Origin: Hyphomicrobiaceae bacterium
GTDB lineage: Bacteria > Pseudomonadota > Alphaproteobacteria > Rhizobiales > Hyphomicrobiaceae
Assembly: GCA_035550075.1 (NCBI GenBank)
Contig: DASZQG010000049.1
Coordinates: 7,490-71,489, forward strand
DNA length: 64,000 bases
Direction of reading: 5' to 3'
The notes beneath the pieces were generated by a model. That model worked only from the letters and a program-made list of their open reading frames with translations. It did not search any database and was not told the origin of the DNA. Positions 46,431 to 56,500 of this stretch are shown here, one piece after another. The position numbers were made by a program, and so were the translations under genes. Position 1 is the first letter of the stretch; every line of letters starts with the position of its first letter.

Positions 46431-47477
46431 ATGGAACCCGTTACATCGAAGCTGAAGCGCTCGCGGCTGTTTGCGCCGCTTTCCGACGAGGCGATTGCCG
46501 ACCTGATCAGCAAGCCCGGTGTCATGACCGGGCAGCCGGGCGACGCTGTGGCTGCCCGCCGCGGCGACCTGGTCGTGCTGCTGGAAGGCGGGCTGGCGAT
46601 GGGAAGCAGCCAGCATGGCCAGCACATCGCCGCGTTCAGCGTCGATGAGGAGGCACCCGACCCCGCCGTTCTCTACACCATTCCCGCGCAGGCCCGCCTG
46701 CAGCTCACGCGCCCCTCCGTGTACCTTGTGATCGATGGCGCGCGTTTCGATGAGGCGCTGAGTGGGCGCCAGGAGACGAAGAGCCTCGCTTCCCTCGACG
46801 ACGGCGTGCGCGAGCGCGTGGCTGCACTTCTCAAGGCGGCGCCGTTCAAGCAGATGTCGTTTGAGAACCTGTGCCGCTGCGCCGAGGCCATGAAGCCGCA
46901 GGAGGTCGCAGCCGGCCAGGACGTGGTCGTCCAGGGCGGCAAGGGCGATTTCTTCTACGTGATCGAGCAGGGCAACGCCGAGGTGCTGCGCACCGATGCC
47001 GGCCGCCCGCCGGTCAAGCTCGCCACCCTGGGGCCAGGCGACAGCTTCGGCGAGGAAGCCCTGATCAAGGGCGAGCCGCGTAACGCCACCGTGCGCATGG
47101 GGACGCAGGGCCGTGTGCTGAAGCTGGGCAAGGCCGATTTCGACCGCCTGCTCAAGAGCCGGCTGGTGCATGAGATTGCCGCCGATGAGGCGCGCGCCCG
47201 GCTCGAGAAGAACGCCGCCGCGCTGATCGATTGCCGCTTCGAGGAGGAATGGGACCTGTGGCGGCTGAAGAATGCGCGCCTGATCCCGCTCGAGCAGATT
47301 CGCGAGCGGGCGCGCGGGCTCGCCAAGGACCGCACCTACATCGTGTACTGCCGTACCGGCCGCCGCTCGCGCGCGGCAACGTTCCTCATGCGGCAGGCGG
47401 GGCTGGAGGCGCTGTCACTCACGGGCGGGATCGCGGGGTGGCCGTACGACCTGGAAGGCAACGCCATCGAGAGCTGA
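46431..47477 (+). CDS. cyclic-nucleotide-binding domain(s) fused to a rhodanese domain
   Basis: The first cNMP-like module is degenerate. The second is canonical (FKQMSFENL...GDSFGEEALIKGEPRNATVRM). The C-terminal rhodanese domain has the active-site loop YCRTGRRS. Confidence 0.82.
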   Translation: MEPVTSKLKRSRLFAPLSDEAIADLISKPGVMTGQPGDAVAARRGDLVVLLEGGLAMGSSQHGQHIAAFSVDEEAPDPAVLYTIPAQARLQLTRPSVYLVIDGARFDEALSGRQETKSLASLDDGVRERVAALLKAAPFKQMSFENLCRCAEAMKPQEVAAGQDVVVQGGKGDFFYVIEQGNAEVLRTDAGRPPVKLATLGPGDSFGEEALIKGEPRNATVRMGTQGRVLKLGKADFDRLLKSRLVHEIAADEARARLEKNAAALIDCRFEEEWDLWRLKNARLIPLEQIRERARGLAKDRTYIVYCRTGRRSRAATFLMRQAGLEALSLTGGIAGWPYDLEGNAIES

Positions 47478-47533
47478 GCCACCGGCACCTGGGATTCGGG
47501 AAGCGAATTTTCGGCTGCGCACGCGGTGTCTGG

Positions 47534-47660
47534 CTCCTGGGTCCCGGCTCTCCGCTGCGCTTCGGCCGGGATGACACGAAGAGAACCCCGGCCACCGGCG
47601 TTACATGCCTGCTGCTGTCATCCCGGAACTTCGCGAAGCGAAATATCCGGGATCCAGGGC
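47534..47660. repeat. REP/MITE-like palindromic element, family A, two inverted copies
   Basis: One copy is at 47616-47660 (tgtcatcccggaacttcgcgaagcgaaatatccgggatccagggc). An inverted, diverged copy is at 47534-47577. Each has the nested palindromes TCCCGGA...TCCGGGA. The pair lies between convergent genes. Confidence 0.8.
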
Positions 47661-47674
47661 CAGCGCTCGCGGGG

Positions 47675-48844
47675 CTAGTCGCGCAGCAGCGCGGCGATGC
47701 GGCCGATGGCGGCGCGGATGTTTTCCACCGAGTTGGCATACGAGAAGCGGATGTAGCCCTCGCCGTGGATGCCGAAGCTGGTGCCGGCCACCGTGGCGAC
47801 GCCGGCTTCCTCCAGCATCCGGTTCTGCAGCTTGCGCGCATCCATGCCGGTGCCGGTGATGTTCGGGAACACGTAGAAGGCGCCGCCGGGGTCGAGGCAG
47901 GTGAAGCCGGGAAGCTGGTTCAGCATCGGCACGATCGTGCGCCGGCGCTCGTCGAACGCGGCGACCATCTTGTGCACCTCATCCTGCGGGCCTTCGAGCG
48001 CGGCGATGCCGGCGTATTGCGTCGGCGCGTTGACACAGGAGTGGCAGTTGACGGCAAGGCGCACGGCCGGCTCCACCAGCGCCTTGGGCCACACCGAGAA
48101 GCCGAGCCGCCAGCCGGTCATGGCGTAGGTCTTGGACCAGCCGTCGAGCACGATCAGCCGGTCGCGGAGCGAGGGGTAGCGCAGAAAGCTCTCGTGCTTG
48201 CGCCCGCCGTAAAGCATCTGGCTGTAGATCTCGTCCGACATGATCGCGACGTTGGGAAAGCGCTCAAGACCTGCGGCGAGCTTCGCCACCTCCTCCTTGG
48301 GCGCGGCGCCGCCGCACGGGTTGCCCGGGCTGTTGAGGATGATGAGGCTGGTCTTGGGCGTGATCTGGCCGAGCACCTGATCCGCGGTGAAGCTGAACTG
48401 GTTGGCCTCGTTCTGCACGATCGGCACCGGCGTGGCGCCGGTGTACTGGATCATGGATCGATAAATCGGGAAGCCGGGGTCTGGATACATGATCTCGGCA
48501 CCCGGCTGGCCGAACATCAGGATCGAGAAGAACATGGTCGGCTTGCCGCCCGGCCAGATGATGATGGTGTCCGGGTGCACCTCGACGCCGTGACGGCGGT
48601 TGAGGTCTTTCGCCACCGCCTCGCGCAGCGGCAGGATGCCCTGCGCGGGCGTGTAGCCGTGGTGCCCGTCGCGCAGCGCCTTGATGGCGGCCTCGACGAT
48701 GTGGGCCGGCGTCTTGAAGTCAGGCTGGCCGATGCCGAGGTTGATGATGTCCTTGCCCTGGCGCTGCAACTCGGCGGCGCGCGCGAGGACCTCGAAGGCG
48801 GTTTCCGTTCCCAGCCGTTGCAGGTTCGGCACGAGTTGCAGCAT
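47675..48844 (-). CDS. pyridoxal-phosphate-dependent aminotransferase (class I/II, aspartate aminotransferase-like)
   Basis: INLGIGQPDF, the PLP-lysine region GWSKTYAMTGWRLG and the ending ...IRFSYA. The start at MLQLVPNL has a GGGGGAAA RBS; an alternative start is at 48886. Confidence 0.88.
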   Translation of the reverse strand: MLQLVPNLQRLGTETAFEVLARAAELQRQGKDIINLGIGQPDFKTPAHIVEAAIKALRDGHHGYTPAQGILPLREAVAKDLNRRHGVEVHPDTIIIWPGGKPTMFFSILMFGQPGAEIMYPDPGFPIYRSMIQYTGATPVPIVQNEANQFSFTADQVLGQITPKTSLIILNSPGNPCGGAAPKEEVAKLAAGLERFPNVAIMSDEIYSQMLYGGRKHESFLRYPSLRDRLIVLDGWSKTYAMTGWRLGFSVWPKALVEPAVRLAVNCHSCVNAPTQYAGIAALEGPQDEVHKMVAAFDERRRTIVPMLNQLPGFTCLDPGGAFYVFPNITGTGMDARKLQNRMLEEAGVATVAGTSFGIHGEGYIRFSYANSVENIRAAIGRIAALLRD

Positions 48845-48924
48845 TGGTATTTCCCCCGGTGTTATCGGTCTCCTCTCCGCACTCATCCAGGTGCATCCGG
48901 TGCGACTCTACACCGACGGCGAGG

Positions 48925-49046
48925 GATGAGTGGGCAGAGGGCTGGGGTCAGGGGCGGCTTCAAGCACGGTGAGCGCCCTGGCTGCCCCTCACCCTAACCT
49001 TCTCCCCGTCATGTCGAGGACATGCCCGGCATGGTGGGGAGAGAGG
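48925..49046. repeat. REP-like palindromic element, family B (intergenic copy)
   Basis: The core cccctcaccctaaccttctccccg...ggggagagagg lies at 48985-49046, preceded by the imperfect inverted arm ggggtcagggg. It shares the core with the copy at 56107-56146. Confidence 0.75.
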
Positions 49047-49049
49047 ATA

Positions 49050-49922
49050 TTACGCTCCCGCCTTCGTCTTGGCTTTCGCTTTCGTGCCGGCCTTCGCATC
49101 GTCCTTCATCCCATACGTGTGCTCCGGCGCGGGGAAGGTGCGGTTGCGCACCTCGGTGGCGTAGCCGGAGATGGCGCTGCGGATCGCCTCGCCGACCTTG
49201 CCGAACTCCTTGACGAATTTCGGCACGCGCGGGGAGAGGCCCAGCATGTCCTCCATCACCAGGATCTGGCCGTCGCATCCGGCCGAGGCGCCGATGCCGA
49301 TGGTGGGGATGGGAATGCTCCCGGTGATCTTGCGCGCCAATTCCTCGGCCATCGCCTCGAGCACGATGGAGAAGGCGCCGGCCTCCGCGACCGCGCGCGC
49401 ATCCTCCTCGATGGCCGCCCATTCGTCGCGCACGCGGCCCTGCGTCTTGAAGCCGCCGAGCACGTTGATCGACTGCGGGGTGAGACCGATGTGCGCCATC
49501 ACCGGGATGCCGCGCTCGACCAGGAAGCGGATGGTTTCGGCCATGCGGCGGCCGCCCTCCAGCTTGATGGCGCCGCAGCCGGTCTCCTTCATGACGTGGG
49601 CGGCGTTGCGAAAGGCAACCGACGGGCTCTCCTCGTAGGAGCCGAACGGCATGTCGACCACGATCAGCGCGCGCTTGGCGCCGCGCACGACGGCGCGGCC
49701 GTGCATGATCATCAGTTCCAGCGGCACCGGCACTGTGGATTCATAGCCGTGCATCACCATGCCGAGGCTGTCGCCCACCAGCAGCAGGTCGACGAAAGGG
49801 TCGGCGATGGCGGCGGTGTGTGCGTGATAGGAGGTGAGGGCGACGATCGGTTCGCGCCCCTTGCGGGCGGCGATCTCGGGCGCCGTGATGCGTTTCTGCG
49901 GGACGGGGCTTTGTGCGGACAT
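49050..49922 (-). CDS. panB: 3-methyl-2-oxobutanoate hydroxymethyltransferase
   Basis: [38 protein letters not shown]...KLEGG...[10 protein letters not shown] is the PanB core. Start chosen at MSAQSPV. Confidence 0.9.
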   Translation of the reverse strand: MSAQSPVPQKRITAPEIAARKGREPIVALTSYHAHTAAIADPFVDLLLVGDSLGMVMHGYESTVPVPLELMIMHGRAVVRGAKRALIVVDMPFGSYEESPSVAFRNAAHVMKETGCGAIKLEGGRRMAETIRFLVERGIPVMAHIGLTPQSINVLGGFKTQGRVRDEWAAIEEDARAVAEAGAFSIVLEAMAEELARKITGSIPIPTIGIGASAGCDGQILVMEDMLGLSPRVPKFVKEFGKVGEAIRSAISGYATEVRNRTFPAPEHTYGMKDDAKAGTKAKAKTKAGA

Positions 49923-49998
49923 GGATGTCCTCTGGTGCAGGGCCTGACTGGCGCCAGCAATAGCTGATCCGGGCGGCGCTGCAAGGGCCGGGGTGGCG

Positions 49999-51333
49999 CT
50001 AGGCCTCCGCGCTTTCGACATGCCTGGCCAGCCATCTGGCACGACGCAGAAGGCGGCCGTCGTCGCGGGGCGGGCCGACAAGCTGCACGCCCATCGGCAG
50101 GCCGTCGGCTTCCAGCAGCGGCAACGTCACCGCGGGCGTGCCGAGGTAGGTCCAGAAGCCGCAGAAGACCGGATCGCCGGTGCTCGAGAGGCCTTTCGGC
50201 GCCGGGCCCAGGGCGGCGGGGGTGAGGATGGTGCCGCGGGTCAGGAACAGCTCGTTGACGACGCGGTGCAGCTCCTTGCGGGCATTCAGCGCCGCCATGT
50301 AGTCGACAGCGCGCGTGCGGCGCCCCTCTTCGATCTGGTCGGCCAGCGTCTTGCTGATCAGGTCCGGCGAGCGGTCGAGCAGGGGACCGAAGTTGGTCGC
50401 CAGCTCGACCTTCTGGATCAGGCGGCCCGCCGCGCTGCCGCGCTCGAACGCATGATCGATGGAGACCTCCTCCACCAGCTCGCCCAGATGCTCGACCAGT
50501 TCGCCGAACGCCTCGCGGGTGGCCGGGTCGGCATCGTTCCAGGCGTGGGTCTTGACGAAGGCGAACATCGGCGGCAGCGAAAACTCCTCCGTCGCCATCT
50601 CGACCAGGCGCGGGCGGCTCGCACGGATGCTGTAGGGGTCGCGGTCGTCGTAGCCTTGCATGACGTCGGCGACAAGCGCGACATCCTCAATCGAACGGCC
50701 GAGCACGCCGACCGTATCCAGCGAGTGCGACTGATCGAGCACGCCGGGGCGCGGGATCATGCCGAACGTCGGCTTGTAGCCGTAGAGCCCGCAGTAGGCC
50801 GAGGGGCGGATGACGGAGCCGATGGTCTGCGTGCCGAGCGCCGCCGGCACCATGCCGGCCGCCACCGCCGCCGCCGATCCGGAGGAGGAGCCGCCGGGCG
50901 TGTGCTCGGGATTGTGCGGGTTGCGGGTCGGCCCCGGCGTGCGCGTGGCGAGCTCGGTGGTTACCGTCTTGCCCATGATGACGGCGCCGGCCGCGCGCAG
51001 GGCGGAAATGCACACCGCGTCTTTTTCCGGCTGGCGGCCCTTGAACGCCTTGCAGCCGTTCTCGGTCGGCATGTCGGCAGTGTCGATGATGTCCTTGATG
51101 CCGATCGGTACGCCGTGCAGCCGTCCGATGCCCATGCCGGATTTGCGGTCGGCGTCGGCCCGGCGCGCCTGCGCCAGCGCGTTCTCGCGATCGATGTAGG
51201 CCCAGGCCTGCAGCCGCGGCTCCAGCTCGTCGATCCGCTGCAGGCAGGCCTGCACCAGCTCCTCGGAGGTGATGTCTCCGGCCGCGATGGCGGCGGCGGC
51301 GGCGGTGGCGGTCAGGTCGCAGGGGTGGGGCAT
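49999..51333 (-). CDS. amidase (amidase-signature family)
   Basis: AS signature [36 protein letters not shown]. The start at MPHPCDL has a GGAG RBS; an alternative start is at 51369. Confidence 0.88.
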   Translation of the reverse strand: MPHPCDLTATAAAAAIAAGDITSEELVQACLQRIDELEPRLQAWAYIDRENALAQARRADADRKSGMGIGRLHGVPIGIKDIIDTADMPTENGCKAFKGRQPEKDAVCISALRAAGAVIMGKTVTTELATRTPGPTRNPHNPEHTPGGSSSGSAAAVAAGMVPAALGTQTIGSVIRPSAYCGLYGYKPTFGMIPRPGVLDQSHSLDTVGVLGRSIEDVALVADVMQGYDDRDPYSIRASRPRLVEMATEEFSLPPMFAFVKTHAWNDADPATREAFGELVEHLGELVEEVSIDHAFERGSAAGRLIQKVELATNFGPLLDRSPDLISKTLADQIEEGRRTRAVDYMAALNARKELHRVVNELFLTRGTILTPAALGPAPKGLSSTGDPVFCGFWTYLGTPAVTLPLLEADGLPMGVQLVGPPRDDGRLLRRARWLARHVESAEA

Positions 51334-51375
51334 TGCGGCGGCTCCATCGGGATCGGCTTGGCGAGGCATAGCCGA

Positions 51376-52941
51376 TCAATCGGGTTCCTGAAACACTTCA
51401 TCGCGGCTCTTGCGCATGGCGGGCAGCGTGGCGGCGATCACCAGCACCAGCGCCAGCACGACGAAGGTGGCGCTCAGGGGCCGCTCCAGGAAGGTCAGGA
51501 AGCTGCCGCGCGAGAGCACCAGCGCCTGGCGCAGCTTCTCCTCCATCAGCTCGCCCAGCACGAACCCCAGCAGCAGCGGCGCCGGCTCGAAGCCGAACTT
51601 GATGAGCGCATAGCCGAACAGGCCGAAGCCGGCCGTCATGTAGACCTCGACGCCGGAATTCTTGATCGAGTAGATGCCGATGCAGCACAGCAGCACGATC
51701 AGCGGGAACATCAGGCGGTAAGGCACCTTGAGAAAGCGCACCCACAGGCCGATCAGCGGCAGGTTGATGATCAGCAGCATGACGTTGCCGATCCACATCG
51801 AGGCGATCATGCCCCAGAACAGGTCCGGCTGCTTGTTGATGATGTCCGGACCTGGCTGGATGCCGTGCAGGGTCATGGCGCCGACCATCAGCGCCATCAC
51901 CGCGTTGGGCGGGATGCCGAGCGTCAGCAGGGGGATGAACGCGGTCTGCGCGCCGGCGTTGTTCGCCGATTCCGGACCGGCCACGCCTTCGATGGCGCCG
52001 TTGCCGAAGCGCGAGGGATCCTTGGCGAGCTTCTTTTCCAGCGTGTAGGACGCAAACGGCCCGAGCACCGCGCCGTTGCCCGGCAGCAGGCCGAGCACCG
52101 AGCCGAGCAGGGTGCCGCGCACGATCGGGCCGGTCGACTGCCGTATCTCGCCGCGGTTCGGGAGCAGCCGGCCGATGGCGCCCTCGACGACCCCGCGCGA
52201 CTGCACGCTCTCCAGGTTGCGGAGGATTTCGGTGACGCCGAAGGTGCCCATCGCCAGCACCGCGACGTCGAAGCCGTCGGCGATCTGCAGCCAGCCGAAG
52301 GTGAGGCGGAGCTGGGTGCTTTCCAGGTCGGTGCCGACCGTGGACAGCAGAACGCCGACCAGGATGATCGCCACCGCCTTCATCACCGAGCCGCGCGCCA
52401 GCACCACCGCGAACAAGAGGCCGAGCACGATCAGCGAGAAATATTCAGCGGGCCCGAATTTCAGCGCCATGTTGGTGAGCGGCAGCGCCAGCGCGGCAAT
52501 GATGACGGTCGAGACGCAGCCGGCGAAGAACGAGCCGATGGCGGCGATGCCGAGCGCGGCGCCGGCGCGGCCCTGGCGTGCCATCTGGTAGCCGTCGAGC
52601 GTGGTGACCACCGAGGTCACCTCGCCCGGAATGTTGACGAGAATGGCCGTGGTCGAGCCGCCGTACTGGGCGCCGTAGTAGATGCCCGCCAGCATGATGA
52701 GCGCGCCGACCGGATCGAGGCCGAACGTGATGGGCAGCAGCATGGTGAGCGTGGCCACCGGACCGATGCCGGGCAGCACGCCGATCAGTGTGCCGATCAG
52801 GCAACCGAGGAAGCACAGGCCCAGGTTCTTGAACGACAGCGCAACGTCCATGCCAAAAGCAAGGTTGTGCGTCAGGTCGGCCACGTGTGCGCCCAGGAAG
52901 CCGACAAGGTCGGACACGCCGAGGGTGGCGGCAACGATCAT
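51376..52941 (-). CDS. tctA: tripartite tricarboxylate transporter large permease TctA
   Basis: 521 aa, polytopic, with typical TctA sequence (GVLPGIGPVATLTMLLPITF..., GAQYGGSTTAILVNIPGE). Confidence 0.9.
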   Translation of the reverse strand: MIVAATLGVSDLVGFLGAHVADLTHNLAFGMDVALSFKNLGLCFLGCLIGTLIGVLPGIGPVATLTMLLPITFGLDPVGALIMLAGIYYGAQYGGSTTAILVNIPGEVTSVVTTLDGYQMARQGRAGAALGIAAIGSFFAGCVSTVIIAALALPLTNMALKFGPAEYFSLIVLGLLFAVVLARGSVMKAVAIILVGVLLSTVGTDLESTQLRLTFGWLQIADGFDVAVLAMGTFGVTEILRNLESVQSRGVVEGAIGRLLPNRGEIRQSTGPIVRGTLLGSVLGLLPGNGAVLGPFASYTLEKKLAKDPSRFGNGAIEGVAGPESANNAGAQTAFIPLLTLGIPPNAVMALMVGAMTLHGIQPGPDIINKQPDLFWGMIASMWIGNVMLLIINLPLIGLWVRFLKVPYRLMFPLIVLLCCIGIYSIKNSGVEVYMTAGFGLFGYALIKFGFEPAPLLLGFVLGELMEEKLRQALVLSRGSFLTFLERPLSATFVVLALVLVIAATLPAMRKSRDEVFQEPD

Positions 52942-52953
52942 CAGCGCACTGCC

Positions 52954-53457
52954 TCAGAACGGGTCATAGCCGAATGGAAACACGGGGATCGGCAAGCCCA
53001 GCAGGTATTTGAACAACACGATGGACACGGCGGTGATCACGATGGCGAACACGATGATCTCGAGCGGGCGCGTATCGGGATCCGCGAGCGATGCAAAGAT
53101 GACGGCAAGCGTGCCGGCGCAGGCGAGCCCCAGCGGATCGATGGTGAGTCCGAACAGGACAAATGAGCCCAGCACGAACACGGGGCCGCGCCATGCCCAC
53201 CTCTCGAGCCCCGGACCGAAGAAGAGCATGCTCCGCGCCACCAGCACGATGCCGAACAGGCCGACGAGCGCGGCCACCCCTTTCGGGAGCATGCCCGGTC
53301 CGACCTCCGACAGGCTGCCCATCGACAGGTCGAACCCGCCGGCGAAGCCGAGGATGGCGACGGCAATCAGGAACAGGCCGCCGGCGAGATCGTGGGGCGA
53401 CCTGACGAGGCCCCGCTCTGCGGGCGGCGTGCCGTCCCCCGGCGCTTGCAAAGTCAT
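52954..53457 (-). CDS. tctB: tripartite tricarboxylate transporter small subunit TctB
   Basis: 167 aa with 4 TM helices, immediately upstream of tctA. Confidence 0.8.
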   Translation of the reverse strand: MTLQAPGDGTPPAERGLVRSPHDLAGGLFLIAVAILGFAGGFDLSMGSLSEVGPGMLPKGVAALVGLFGIVLVARSMLFFGPGLERWAWRGPVFVLGSFVLFGLTIDPLGLACAGTLAVIFASLADPDTRPLEIIVFAIVITAVSIVLFKYLLGLPIPVFPFGYDPF

Positions 53458-53590
53458 CTTCCCTCCCCGTCGTTTTTTTGCTCGGGCCCCGGCGAGCGGT
53501 CTCTCCGCTCCTCGGCTGCACGGCTGCGGGAGCCTACCCGCGGCGCCCGGCAGCGTCTACGCCGGCGCGCGGACTGGCTAACGCGGCGGC

Positions 53591-56500
53591 TCACGAAGGC
53601 TTGATGGAATTTTCGCTGCGCGGTTGCGTCTCAGCCATCGCCTCGCTCAGCAGCCGGGCGACGTGCTGCGCCGCGCGGCCCGCCCCGTCGGCGATCTGGT
53701 GGCGGCAGGAGAAGCCGTCGGCGGCGATGGCGGTGGCGGCGGGCGCCTTGCGGACGGCGGGCAGCAGCGCCAGTTCGCCCATGGCCAGGGAGACATCGTA
53801 GGTGTCGGCGCCGTAGCCGAAGGCGCCGGCCATGCCGCAGCAGCTTGAATCTACGGTCGCGACCTCGAATCCCTCGACCAGCCCCAGCGTCCGGGTGACC
53901 GCGTCCATCGCCGCGAACGCCTTCTGGTGGCAGTGGCCGTGCAGCAGGATCTTGCGCGTCTGGCGGGCGATCGGGCCTTCGATGCGGCCGGCGGCGGCTT
54001 CGCCGGCGAGAAACTCCTCGAACAGGACGGCGTGTTTGGCCAGCCGGTCGGTCTCGGGGCCCGGCAGCATGGCCAGGAATTCATCGCGCAGCGTGAGCAG
54101 GCACGACGGCTCCAGGCCGACCACAGGCACGCCGCGGGCAAGGAACGGCGCCGCGGCATCCAGCACCCGGCGGGCTTCGGTGCGCGCCTCCTCGACCAGA
54201 CCCGCCGACAGGAAGGTGCGGCCGCAGCAGAGCGGACGCGGCGGCCGGGCGTAGCCATTGCCGGTGGCCGCGCGCAGCACGCTGACGCGGTAGCCGAGCC
54301 GGCCGAGGACATCCACCGCGGCGCGCAGGTTCTCCGGCTCGAAATGGGCGTTGAAGGTGTCGGCGAACAGCGCGACCTCGCGCAGCGAGCCGGGGGCACC
54401 CGAGTTCTCCCCCCTCGAGGGTGCAGAGGCGTCGATCGCGCCGCGATCGTTTCCGTCCGGAGTTCTCCGATCCCTGGCCCCTCCCGGCCAGGGGGAGGGA
54501 AATCCGGCGACGGCCGCCGCCTCGAACACATCCCGCCGCCAGCGCGGCAGCCGGCGGCGCGCGGACAGGCCGGTCATCCCTTGCGTGAGGGCGGCGACGC
54601 CGGGGATGGCGTTGCGCGCGTTCATCAGCGGCGCCACCTTCGACGCGAACGGCGCATAGCGCGGCAGGTAGGCGACCAGCCGGTCGCGCAGCGACAGGCC
54701 GCGCCGCGCGTTGGCCGCGGCCAGCACCTCGATTTTCATTTTCGCCATGTCGACGCCGGTCGGGCACTCGCGCCGGCACCCCTTGCAGGAGACGCACAGC
54801 TTCATCGTCTCGAGCATGTCGTCGGAGGCGAAGGCGTCGGGTCCGAGCTGCCCCGAGATGGCGAGGCGCAACGCGTTCGCGCGCCCGCGGGTGACGTCGC
54901 GCTCGTTGCCCGTCATGCGAAACGAGGGGCACATGACGCCGGCGGCGTGCTTGCGGCACTCGCCGTTGTTGTTGCACATCTCCACCGCGCCCTGGAACCC
55001 GCCGCCCTGTCCCGGGTAGGCCGACCAGTCGAGCGCCATCGTCATTTCGCGCACGCGGTAGTCCGGTTTGAAGCGAAACAGCGTGCGGTCGTCCATGCGC
55101 GAGGGGCGCACGATTTTTCCCGGATTCATGAGGCCGGTTGGATCGAACCGGTCCTTCACCTCCTCGAAAATCTCGACGGTCCTGCGCCCATACATCTTTT
55201 CGTGGAATTCGGAGCGGACCAGCCCGTCGCCGTGCTCGCCGGAGTGCGAGCCCTTGTATTGGCGCACCATGGCGAACGCCTCCTCGGCGATGGCGCGCAT
55301 GGTGCGGGCATCCTTTTCCAGCTTCAGGTTGAGGACGGGGCGCACGTGCAGGCAACCGACGCTGGCGTGCGCGTACCAGGTGCCGCGCGTGCCGTGCCTG
55401 GCGAACACCTCCGTCAGCCGCTCGGTGTAGTCGGCGAGGTGTTCCAGCGGCACCGCGCAGTCCTCGATGAAGGAGACCGGTTTGCCCTCGCTTTTCATCG
55501 ACATCATGATGTTGAGGCCGGAGGCGCGCACGCTCCACACGGCGGCCTGGCCCGCGGCGTCCGGCACTTTCACCACGCTGCCCGGAGAGCCGAGATCGCC
55601 CATCAGCTCTTCGAGGCGGCCGAGGCGGGTCAGATTTTCGGCCTGGTCGTCCTGCGCGAATTCGACCAGCAGCAGCGCGTCCGGTTGCCCGCGCACGTAG
55701 GCGTCCATCACCGGGCGGAACATGGCGATGTCGCGGGCGAGCTCGATCAGCGTGCGATCCACCACCTCCACCGCCACCGGCCCGAGCTTGACGATGTGCT
55801 GCGCGGCCTCCATCGCCTTGCGGAAGGTGGCGAAGTGGCAGATGCCGAGCGCCTTGTTCTTCGGCAGGGGCGACAGCTTGAGCGCGATCTGCCGCGAGAC
55901 GGCGAGCGTGCCCTCCGAGCCGCACAGCAGCGTGGCGAGGTTCACCGGCGCGCTGCCCGGAACCAGCGCGTCGATCAGATAGCCGCCGACGCGGCGCGAC
56001 ACCTCGGGGAAGGCGTGCGCGATGTGGTCCGCCTCGCGCCGGCCGAGCGCGAGCAGGTCGCGGAACAGGGCAAGCGCGGTATCCTCACCACTGGCGCCGC
56101 GCGCATCCCCTCGCCCCGCTTGCGGGGAGAGGGCCAGGGTGAGGGGCGATGCGGGGGAGGGTGAGCCTTGCGCGGGGAGAGGCAGCCCCAGGTTATGCCC
56201 CACCTCGCCGACCCGCGCCTCGCTGCCGTCGGGCAGGATGGCGTCGATGGCGATCACGTTGTCGCGCATGATCCCGTAGCGGATCGAGCGCGTGCCGCAC
56301 GAGTTGTTGCCGGTCATGCCGCCGATGGTGGCGCGGCTGGACGTCGAGACGTCGACCGGAAACCACAGGCCCGTCGGCTTGAGCTTTCGGTTCAGCTCGT
56401 CCAGCACGATGCCCGGTTCGACGAGGCAGGTGCGCGCCTCGGCGTCCGTGCTCACGATCCGGTTCAGGTACTTCGAGAAATCGAGCACCAGCGCGCGCCC

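Noticed and set aside
49993-53166. 1057-aa ORF on the plus strand, the longest ORF in the track
   Set aside because: Its translation is low-complexity and Arg/Ala/Gly/His-rich. It lies antisense to clearly recognisable amidase, TctA and TctB genes. This is a typical high-GC shadow ORF.
54081-55925. 614-aa alternative-frame minus-strand ORF inside the FAD/Fe-S oxidoreductase gene
   Set aside because: It is Arg/Gly/Pro-rich and lies on the same strand but out of frame with the 1056-aa protein that carries the FAD and Fe-S motifs.
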